A DNA stretch of 20,000 bases from an uncultured virus (IMG/VR IMGVR_UViG_3300034107_000607) (taxonomy: Duplodnaviria; Heunggongvirae; Uroviricota; Caudoviricetes): IMG/VR virus record IMGVR_UViG_3300034107_000607; one strand, written 5' to 3'. The first letter of the stretch is position 1, and the number at the start of each line of letters is the position of its first letter. The translations under genes and the position numbers were made by a program. This document shows, piece after piece, positions 8,735 through 14,885 of this stretch. The notes beneath the pieces are model-generated. The model ran no database searches. It worked only from the letters and a program-made list of their open reading frames with translations, and was not told where the DNA came from.

Positions 8735-8915
8735 TTAGACCTCATCATTGAGGAAATAGGTAAAGTAGTGGAATGGTGCAACCCGGATAGCACGCCCGCG
8801 TGAAGCGGGAGACAAGGTTCGAATCCTTACCATGAAAAGCTGGGATCACTGGTTCGAAACAGTTCCCTAGTTTGGAGTAGCTAACCAACAATATTTCTTC
8901 AATTATGAGGTCTAA
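8735..8915 (+). ncRNA. long-stem RNA with tRNA-like D/T core, copy 1
   Basis: 23 of 24 bp terminal stem. Homologous to 14455-14624. Confidence 0.7.
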
Positions 8916-8921
8916 TAAACT

Positions 8922-8986
8922 TATCGGTATTGCTTCGGCCTGATCGAAGAAGCAACTAAGTCGCTCAACATAGCCTGAGCAGAGCC
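8922..8986 (+). ncRNA. three-way-junction repeat, copy 2
   Basis: TATCGGT-[hairpin]-TAAGTC-[hairpin]-AGAGCC. Confidence 0.55.
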
Positions 8987-8995
8987 AAAAACATT

Positions 8996-9070
8996 GCGGG
9001 TATGGTATAGAGGATGTGCCCTAGCCTTCCAAGCTAGAGAGGACCGGTTCGATGCCGGCTACCCGCTCCA
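8996..9070 (+). tRNA. tRNA-Gly(TCC)
   Basis: Loop CTTCCAA, U73, CCA. Confidence 0.9.
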
Positions 9071-9075
9071 AATAC

Positions 9076-9192
9076 ACACCATCGCCTATCACCAAGAGTA
9101 AAAGAGGGATGAGGTTGATAGGTTCTTAGCGGAATACTGCGATGAACTGATCCAAGGCAGCCCGAGCCAAGGTCAGAGAAGTAAGATGGTGT
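9076..9192 (+). ncRNA. unidentified multibranch RNA
   Basis: ACACCATC/GATGGTGT closing stem with three internal hairpins. Confidence 0.45.
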
Positions 9193-9220
9193 TAATTATA
9201 GTATTTTAAGAGGGCAATTT

Positions 9221-9850
9221 ATGTCTAGAAATGAAGATTGGGTTGCAACCGTAATAGCAAATTTAGAAGTAAATGAAAATGGAATTGCACTAGATATAGG
9301 AGCAAATCATGGAATTTACTCAAAATTACTTGCATCAAAATTTGGGAAAGTTTATTCATTTGAACCACACCCAGACAATGTAACAAAGATTAAAGCTAAA
9401 GTTACTGAACAAAATGTTCAAATAGAACAAAAAGTAATTGGAACATCAGATGGTGTTATTGATCTTTTTGTTTGTTCTGCAAATGATGGTGGTCACACTA
9501 TTATGGAAGGTTTGGCAAAACTCAAGAAATGGGGACATTCAGTAAACAATACTATACAAGTACAATCAATAACACTTGATACATTTTGTAAAGATATCAA
9601 AGTTGATTTTATTAAATGTGATATTGAAGGTGGTGAATATGAAATATTTTACCATGGACAAGAAATTCTTACTAGAGATTATCCTACAATTGTCTTAGAA
9701 ACACATCAAGTATCTGACATAAAAAGTGACCAAGTTAAACGTGACAAATTATTTAAATACTTCAAGGATTTGGGGTTTTCAATTCTAGATACCAAAAATA
9801 ATGAAGTTGTAGCATTTACATATGACACACACTATCTAATACAAAAATAA
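9221..9850 (+). CDS. FkbM-family SAM-dependent methyltransferase
   Basis: LDIGANHG, FEPHP, TLD and IKCDIEGGE motifs. Confidence 0.9.
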   Translation: MSRNEDWVATVIANLEVNENGIALDIGANHGIYSKLLASKFGKVYSFEPHPDNVTKIKAKVTEQNVQIEQKVIGTSDGVIDLFVCSANDGGHTIMEGLAKLKKWGHSVNNTIQVQSITLDTFCKDIKVDFIKCDIEGGEYEIFYHGQEILTRDYPTIVLETHQVSDIKSDQVKRDKLFKYFKDLGFSILDTKNNEVVAFTYDTHYLIQK

Positions 9851-9856
9851 AATTAA

Positions 9857-9983
9857 AGGATCATTTCAGCAACAAATATGCATATCATTCGGAGATCGAG
9901 TCGTAGGTGCAATTCCTACACCCCTGACCATACACTGACAGGGGTTAGTTTAGTAGTAAAACGCGTAGCAAAAAGTTGATCCT
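9857..9983 (+). ncRNA. CAGCAA-stem RNA 1 with circularly permuted tRNA-Pro-like module
   Basis: AGGATCA/TGATCCT stem. T arm, then ACCCCTG-A-CCA, then CAGGGGT-TA and D arm. Confidence 0.8.
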
Positions 9984-9994
9984 GATTAAATAAT

Positions 9995-10079
9995 GCCTCC
10001 TTGGTGGAATGGTAGACACAAGAGACTTAAAATCTCTAGCTGTTATGGCGTGCCGGTTCGAGTCCGGCAGGGGGTACCA
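9995..10079 (+). tRNA. tRNA-Leu(TAA)
   Basis: Class II cloverleaf, CCA. Confidence 0.95.
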
Positions 10080-10085
10080 AATTAT

Positions 10086-10176
10086 GGATGGTGCGGAAGC
10101 AGGTGCTTCGACTAGTCTTGAAAACTAGCGTGACGGCTGATACCCGTCAGGGGTTCGATACCTCCACCATCTGCCA
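10086..10176 (+). tRNA. tRNA-Ser(TGA), 8/4 type
   Basis: GGATGGTG/CACCATCT acceptor, 4-bp T stem, G73, CCA. Confidence 0.88.
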
Positions 10177-10202
10177 TCATAATTTAAAATGGAGAATATA
10201 CC

Positions 10203-10439
10203 ATGGATACTGTAGAAGAAGATGTCGACATCAAACTCGAAAAACCTTCACGTGCAACCCGCTGGAAACGATCTATTGCTGCTCGACTTCGCCGTCAAGT
10301 ATCAAGGTTTGCAAAAACAGCGCATCTCCAAAAAGACGAAGAAGATGCTTTGGCTCGTATCCGTGCCAAGAAACTTCTTGAAAAACAAAAGAAGCAAAGA
10401 CGCAACAAAGTGGTTGACAATCGTATGGAATCGGTATAG
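10203..10439 (+). CDS. basic hypothetical protein
   Basis: 78 aa with GGAG RBS. Confidence 0.75.
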   Translation: MDTVEEDVDIKLEKPSRATRWKRSIAARLRRQVSRFAKTAHLQKDEEDALARIRAKKLLEKQKKQRRNKVVDNRMESV

Positions 10440-10442
10440 TTT
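10414..10442 (+). promoter_or_regulatory. sigma70-type early promoter
   Basis: TTGACA-N17-TAGTTT with GAATCGGT in the spacer. Confidence 0.7.
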
Positions 10443-10475
10443 AAATATATAAGGTAACACAAAGGAAACCGAAAC

Positions 10476-10634
10476 ATGACAATGACCAAACTGATTGAAC
10501 GTCTTGCTCGTAATGCTGCTGATTTTCTCCTTGCAGGTGAGATTGAAAAATCCAATGCTTGCATGGAACTGTTGACCGTTATCAAAGATAAAGGTCTTGA
10601 AAATATCCGCGGAAAATTGGTTGACAATCTGTAA
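10476..10634 (+). CDS. 52-aa hypothetical protein (MTMTKLIERLARNAADF...)
   Basis: AAGGA RBS, between promoters. Confidence 0.75.
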   Translation: MTMTKLIERLARNAADFLLAGEIEKSNACMELLTVIKDKGLENIRGKLVDNL

Positions 10635-10649
10635 GAATCAGTTTATACT
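10621..10649 (+). promoter_or_regulatory. sigma70-type early promoter
   Basis: TTGACA-N17-TATACT. Confidence 0.9.
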
Positions 10650-10677
10650 AAACTTATAACCAACCAAAGGAAATAAT

Positions 10678-10839
10678 ATGGAAACCTACGTAATGCAAAA
10701 TGTAATTACTAAGGAAAAAGTTACTTGCTATTGGTATGAGGCGCTCTCGCTTCGCCAAAAAGGTTGGATCGAAGTGGAATATATCCCAGACTTTGACTAT
10801 GCTAATCTGGGTGATGAGTGTCTTGTTGATGAATGTTAA
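10678..10839 (+). CDS. 53-aa hypothetical protein (METYVMQNVITKEKV...)
   Basis: AAGGA RBS after the promoter. Confidence 0.75.
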   Translation: METYVMQNVITKEKVTCYWYEALSLRQKGWIEVEYIPDFDYANLGDECLVDEC

Positions 10840-10843
10840 TCTT

Positions 10844-10855
10844 GCTCTTTGACAA
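10844..10855 (+). promoter_or_regulatory. boxA-like antitermination element
   Basis: (T)GCTCTTTGACAA followed by TTTAGAA. Confidence 0.7.
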
Positions 10856-10960
10856 TTTAGAAATCTGATCACGTTAGTTGATGAAACTGTAAACCGTGAT
10901 TTACAAAAACAAAACAGAGATTATCTGGCTCGGACAAACCGATAAGACCAGATTGAATAC

Positions 10961-11085
10961 TCTCTGTTTTCACATGAGGGTCATGATGGTCCGTGAGTGC
11001 CCTAATCGTGTCGGCGATTTCGGCAGCTTCCGACAAAGTGAACGCAAGGTTCAATTCCTTGGTGACCCTTAGCTGAAAACAGAGA
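10961..11085 (+). ncRNA. stem-enclosed tRNA-like RNA (CTGTTTT family, copy 3)
   Basis: TCTCTGTTTTCA-CA-TGAGGGTCA pairs with TGACCCTTA-GC-TGAAAACAGAGA. T arm CAAGG-TTCAATT-CCTTG. Confidence 0.6.
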
Positions 11086-11091
11086 TAATGT

Positions 11092-11167
11092 TCCCAGTTA
11101 GCTCAGTTGGTAGAGCAAAGGATTGTTAATCCTTGGGTCGGCGGTTCGAGCCCGTCACTGGGAGCCA
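11092..11167 (+). tRNA. tRNA-Asn(GTT)
   Basis: Canonical cloverleaf, G73, CCA. Confidence 0.97.
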
Positions 11168-11178
11168 AAATTAAATGC

Positions 11179-11253
11179 AGGGGTCAGGGAAACCGGTAAT
11201 CCGCGGGCCTCCAAAACCTTGAGAAGCGAGTTCGACTCTCGCGGCCCCTGCCA
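11179..11253 (+). tRNA. tRNA-Trp(CCA)
   Basis: Loop CTCCAAA, G73, CCA. Weak anticodon stem. Confidence 0.8.
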
Positions 11254-11270
11254 AATATAGAAAGTATATT

Positions 11271-11786
11271 GTGAAGTTTGATAGTTTTATTTTTTATGAG
11301 ATGATTGAAACAGATGCATTGCCACCGAATGGTATATTTGATATTACCCATAGTATGAAAGAAGACTATGTATCTTTATATTCAAAATATTCTGGCAATG
11401 GTGATACAAAAACAAATTCTAATAAAAATTATGCTTTAAAATTAGCTGGTTTATCTTTGTTGAAATTAAATTTACAAAGAGAAGAAATAGAAGAAGTAAA
11501 AACTAATAAATCAAAGACAAAAACAAAAAGTGGAATTGTTTATTTAATTAGTAATCCTGCTTTTGATGGTTTTATTAAAATTGGTATGACCAAAAATCTC
11601 GTAAATCGTTTAAGATCTTATCAAACATATGATCCGATGAAAAGATATAAAGTTGAACATTACCGTGTTGTTGAAAATGCAAGAGAAGAAGAAAGATATT
11701 ATCTAACTCATTATAAAATTAACATTGCAAAAGGTGAATGGGTTTATAAAGAAAATATAAAAGAATTGTTCCTCAGTGGCCGATAG
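11271..11786 (+). CDS. GIY-YIG superfamily (T5orf172-like) endonuclease domain protein
   Basis: GIVYLI...IKIGMT...RL...GEW motifs. Start codon uncertain. Confidence 0.8.
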   Translation: MKFDSFIFYEMIETDALPPNGIFDITHSMKEDYVSLYSKYSGNGDTKTNSNKNYALKLAGLSLLKLNLQREEIEEVKTNKSKTKTKSGIVYLISNPAFDGFIKIGMTKNLVNRLRSYQTYDPMKRYKVEHYRVVENAREEERYYLTHYKINIAKGEWVYKENIKELFLSGR

Positions 11787-11844
11787 GTAAGGCTCCAGAT
11801 TGTTAATCTGTTCAATATAGGTTCGAATCCTGTCTGAGGAGCCA
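11770..11844 (+). tRNA. tRNA-Asn(GTT), second divergent copy
   Basis: Loop TTGTTAA, G73, CCA. Confidence 0.88.
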
Positions 11845-11853
11845 AAATACAAT

Positions 11854-11927
11854 GCACCTGTTGCCGTCAGGGAAGGCCGCGGTCTGTCTAACCGTGAAGG
11901 CGGGTTCGAGTCCCGTCAGGTGCGCCA
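11854..11927 (+). tRNA. tRNA-Asp(GTC)
   Basis: Loop CTGTCTA, G73, CCA. Confidence 0.9.
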
Positions 11928-12072
11928 ATCAATGGACTTTGGGTGGACGTGTTACTGGGACAATAGAGAGCGGTTGCCATGGCAACTTTCAACTTGAGTC
12001 AAAATCGGACAGAACCCAGATTGATTGGTTTAGCGGCTGTCAATCGAAAGGACTAGGTAACAAATAGATTTT

Positions 12073-12149
12073 TGCGGGATAGAGCAGTCCGGTAGCTCGC
12101 TTGGCTCATAACCAAGAGGTCGAAGGTTCAAATCCTTCTCCCGCAACCA
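12073..12149 (+). tRNA. tRNA-fMet(CAT)-like
   Basis: GAGC/GCTC D stem (A11-U24), loop CTCATAA, 3' end CCCGCAACCA. Confidence 0.9.
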
Positions 12150-12155
12150 AACATT

Positions 12156-12231
12156 GGGTCTTTAGCTTAAGATGGGTAAAGCACTGGGCGGAAGTCCGTG
12201 GTAATCAGTTCGAGACTGATAAGATCCACCA
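12156..12231 (+). ncRNA. tRNA-like RNA with abnormal anticodon arm (degenerate Phe GAA or GGAA tetraloop)
   Basis: Good acceptor, D and T arms and CCA. Anticodon region GGGC-GGAA-GTCC. Confidence 0.65.
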
Positions 12232-12233
12232 AA

Positions 12234-12307
12234 ATAGACTGGATATAGTCACCCCTTATGAGTGTGACCCTAGAGATAGGTCAAGTCGGCAAACCAGCCC
12301 AGTCTAT
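12234..12307 (+). ncRNA. D-armless tRNA-like element
   Basis: ATAGACTGG/CCAGTCTAT stem and CACCC-CTTATGA-GTGTG arm. Confidence 0.4.
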
Positions 12308-12361
12308 ATCAACTAAGTCCTATGCTCGCTTCCCATTTGGTCGAGGCAAACGTAGGCACCA

Positions 12362-12489
12362 ACGGGGTGATGATCCAAGTACCGCAGACTTTACCAGAGT
12401 TTGCAAGAAAGGTGGCGTCAGGCATGCATGATAATGATACTGGTAATATCGGTTCGTGCTGGTGGGTTCAACTTCCCGCTCCTTGTCCA
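12362..12489 (+). ncRNA. extended tRNA-like RNA ending in CCA
   Basis: ACGGGG/CCTTGT-CCA and GTGGG-TTCAACTT-CCCGC T arm. Confidence 0.4.
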
Positions 12490-12589
12490 ATTTGAGTTTG
12501 ATCTAGATACCTTAGATGCTGTAAATCCAGCACGGGTCGAAATTCTAGACAGCATTCGGTTCGACAACGTGAGAACCAGCAGAATTTAT

Positions 12590-12665
12590 GGGCCATTAGT
12601 GATAGAGGGTAGCACACCGCACTTGCAATGCGGAAGAGACGGATCGTTACCGTCATGGTCCACCA
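12590..12665 (+). tRNA. tRNA-Ala(TGC)
   Basis: G3-U70, loop CTTGCAA, CCA. T loop ATCGTTA. Confidence 0.9.
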
Positions 12666-12672
12666 ATAAACA

Positions 12673-12755
12673 TGTCAATGCAGGTTTGCTAACAGCACAG
12701 ATATCACAGGCGTCATGTCACGCTATGACAAGGTTCAATTCCTTGATTGACACCA
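12673..12755 (+). ncRNA. tRNA-like element without recognisable anticodon arm
   Basis: TGTCAAT/ATTGACA-CCA and CAAGG-TTCAATT-CCTTG. Confidence 0.5.
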
Positions 12756-12804
12756 TTAACGAGGCGATCCGGCGCCTGACTAAAGAATTTCCGGCTGAAA
12801 TTTT

Positions 12805-12880
12805 TGCCCCTTCGTCTATGCCGGTAGGACGCCTGACTCTGAATCAGGAAACCGTGGTTCGAGTCCACGAGGGGCAGCCA
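12805..12880 (+). tRNA. tRNA-Gln(CTG)
   Basis: U1-A72, loop CTCTGAA, G73, CCA. Confidence 0.93.
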
Positions 12881-12888
12881 AAGTTTAT

Positions 12889-12972
12889 GCGCTTGTGGTG
12901 TAATGGCAGCCACGCTGCACTTAGAATGCAGTGCCTTCGGGCGTGGGGGTTCAAGTCCCTCCAGGCGCACCA
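12889..12972 (+). tRNA. tRNA-Leu(TAG)
   Basis: Class II cloverleaf, CCA. Confidence 0.95.
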
Positions 12973-12979
12973 AAATAAC

Positions 12980-13054
12980 GGTCCGTTAGCTCAGCGATAG
13001 AGCAACTCCTTTACACGGAGAAGGTCAAAGGTTTGATCCCTTTACGGACTACCA
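12980..13054 (+). tRNA. tRNA-Val(TAC)
   Basis: Loop TTTACAC, CCA. Confidence 0.9.
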
Positions 13055-13080
13055 TTATACTTTGATATGAAGGAAAAAAT

Positions 13081-13326
13081 ATGGACGAAGAACTATTAGG
13101 TACTGTTAAACTTGTAGCATTTAATTATGCACCAGAAGGTTATCTACCATGTGATGGTAGACTTTTAAATGTAAATGAAGAACAAGCAATTTATGCTTTA
13201 GTTGGGAATACTTATGGTGGCACCGTCGGCCACAATTTTGCTCTTCCCAAACTACAAGCACCGATGGACGGACTGCACTACATTATTTGTATGCGTGGTC
13301 TATGGCCATCGCCGCGCATAATTTAA
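13081..13326 (+). CDS. stand-alone phage tail-collar domain protein
   Basis: FNYAPEGYLPCDGRLL...LVGNTYGG...FALPKL motif. Confidence 0.85.
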   Translation: MDEELLGTVKLVAFNYAPEGYLPCDGRLLNVNEEQAIYALVGNTYGGTVGHNFALPKLQAPMDGLHYIICMRGLWPSPRII

Positions 13327-13328
13327 AT

Positions 13329-13412
13329 GCCCAGGTGGTGAAACGGTAGACACACCATCTTGAGTAGGTGGCGCTTAATTGCGTGAGGGTTCAAATCCCT
13401 CTCTGGGCACCA
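13329..13412 (+). tRNA. tRNA-Leu(GAG)
   Basis: Class II cloverleaf, loop TTGAGTA, CCA. Confidence 0.93.
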
Positions 13413-13521
13413 ATTATTAGGAAGAAAAGCGCACTGACCCGAGCCTATTGTCTGTATTGGCTTTGAAGGTTATCCCTCTCTTCCTCGGCTCCCGAGATTC
13501 AGACCCTCGGAGTACGAATAT

Positions 13522-13596
13522 CAGTGTGTAGCTCAGTGGTAGAGTGCTAGTTTTGGAAACTAGAAGTCGCAAGTTCAATCCTTGTCACACTGACCA
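13522..13596 (+). tRNA. tRNA-Pro(TGG)
   Basis: C1-G72, A73, loop TTTGGAA, CCA. Confidence 0.92.
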
Positions 13597-13602
13597 ATCA
13601 AT

Positions 13603-13675
13603 GCGGGTAAGGTTATGGCAACCAATCAGATTTCCAATCTGCAGGAGACCGGTTCGATTCCGGCTACCCGCTCCA
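13603..13675 (+). tRNA. tRNA-Gly(TCC), second copy with reduced D arm
   Basis: Loop TTTCCAA, U73, CCA. Confidence 0.8.
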
Positions 13676-13783
13676 ATTCCTGACAGCCAGATGATAGCCA
13701 GGTATCATGGATTGAGTTTATATAGGTGACTATAGACATTCTATCCACGACACTGGTGACGCTCTGGCTTGACAAATACAAAA

Positions 13784-14003
13784 TGGATCATTACAGCAAC
13801 AAATTAGCATCCTTGAAATGGGCCGTGTCGGAGGTTCAAATCCTTCCTCTCCCACCACGGATACTGTTAGTTTATGACAACCTTTCTTGTATAAGATATT
13901 AATAGGCTTATATGGCGAGACAATTGGGTATAAACTAGCGTGCAGTATCTTTGATGGGAGAGTAGCTCAGGTAGTAGAGCAGGTTACGCAAAAAGTTGAT
14001 CCA
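13784..14003 (+). ncRNA. CAGCAA-stem RNA 2 with circularly permuted tRNA-Phe-like module
   Basis: TGGATCA/TGATCCA stem. T arm, CTCTCCC-A-CCA, 98-nt hairpin linker, GGGAGAG-TA-GCTC D arm. Confidence 0.8.
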
Positions 14004-14015
14004 GAAAAATAATGG

Positions 14016-14044
14016 TTGACATCCTTACAGAATCAGTATATATT
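14016..14044 (+). promoter_or_regulatory. sigma70-type early promoter
   Basis: TTGACA-N17-TATATT. Confidence 0.85.
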
Positions 14045-14069
14045 GATTATATAAGGAAAGGAACCGAAC

Positions 14070-14375
14070 ATGAACCAATACATCTTCGAAAAAGCTTCCG
14101 ATACTGCAATCCGTGTACTTTGGATTGAGTCTGATGAAGACGGTCGTAGATCGGTCGCCAATATCATGGAAATGTCTCATGATGGTTCTAAAGAAAGTCT
14201 GAAAGTCACCGTCAAATGTCTTTATGAAATGATGTTTATCGGTGAACAATCAGGTGATGAACTTGGTTATAAGGTTGAAGTTGCTTACAAAGACTATGAT
14301 GCTTCTCTTGAAGGTAAAGCTCGTAAGCAATCTTCGAAGGAAATTAACGTGATTACCGAACAACTTTTCGGTTGA
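14070..14375 (+). CDS. hypothetical protein
   Basis: 101 aa with AAGGA RBS. The stop lies within the next -35 box. Confidence 0.85.
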   Translation: MNQYIFEKASDTAIRVLWIESDEDGRRSVANIMEMSHDGSKESLKVTVKCLYEMMFIGEQSGDELGYKVEVAYKDYDASLEGKARKQSSKEINVITEQLFG

Positions 14376-14400
14376 CAAACACACAGAATCAGTATATGGT
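14372..14400 (+). promoter_or_regulatory. sigma70-type promoter
   Basis: TTGACA-N17-TATGGT. Confidence 0.8.
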
Positions 14401-14413
14401 AAACTTAATAACC

Positions 14414-14425
14414 GCTCTTTGACAA
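14414..14425 (+). promoter_or_regulatory. boxA-like antitermination element
   Basis: GCTCTTTGACAA followed by TTTAGAA. Confidence 0.7.
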
Positions 14426-14454
14426 TTTAGAAAAATAAACATAATAAATTACAG

Positions 14455-14624
14455 ACTTTATTATTGAAGGAACAGACAAGTAGCGTAAGGTGTAAATGGA
14501 TGCACGGCCTTTGCTGGCAGGGACAGTTCGAATCTGTAACACAAAAGTTAGGATCAAACGTTGGTTGCAAACAGCGTCCTCGAATAGGATTAATTACCCT
14601 ATAGCGTTCTTTCAATTATAAAGT
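14455..14624 (+). ncRNA. long-stem RNA with tRNA-like D/T core, copy 2
   Basis: 18 of 19 bp terminal stem. Homologous to 8735-8915. Confidence 0.7.
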
Positions 14625-14628
14625 TTAT

Positions 14629-14705
<77 letters not shown>

Positions 14706-14804
14706 AGATTACAATGGTTGTATCTGAGTTTTAGAAGTCTAGATACGGAAATTAACAAGATGATGGTTCGCTACCTCACTCATTATTCCATTGTATTTTA
14801 TATT

Positions 14805-14879
14805 GCGGACGTAGCTCAGTGGTAGAGCAGATGCTTGCCAAGCATCAGGTCGTGAGTTCGAATCTCATCGTCCGCTCCA
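14805..14879 (+). tRNA. tRNA-Gly(GCC)
   Basis: Canonical cloverleaf, U73, CCA. Confidence 0.97.
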
Positions 14880-14885
14880 AGTTTA

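Noticed and set aside
12316..12585. tmRNA or RNase P RNA
   Set aside because: No Ala-ending tag ORF with resume context, and no GAGGAAAGTCC core found.
12401..13000. 199-aa + strand ORF
   Set aside because: It runs across four tRNA genes with no RBS, so it is a chance open frame. The same applies to 10088, 11852, 12101, 13544 and the 5' part of 16804.
13419..13520. HDV-like theta ribozyme after tRNA-Leu
   Set aside because: No compact P3/L3/P1.1 could be assigned.
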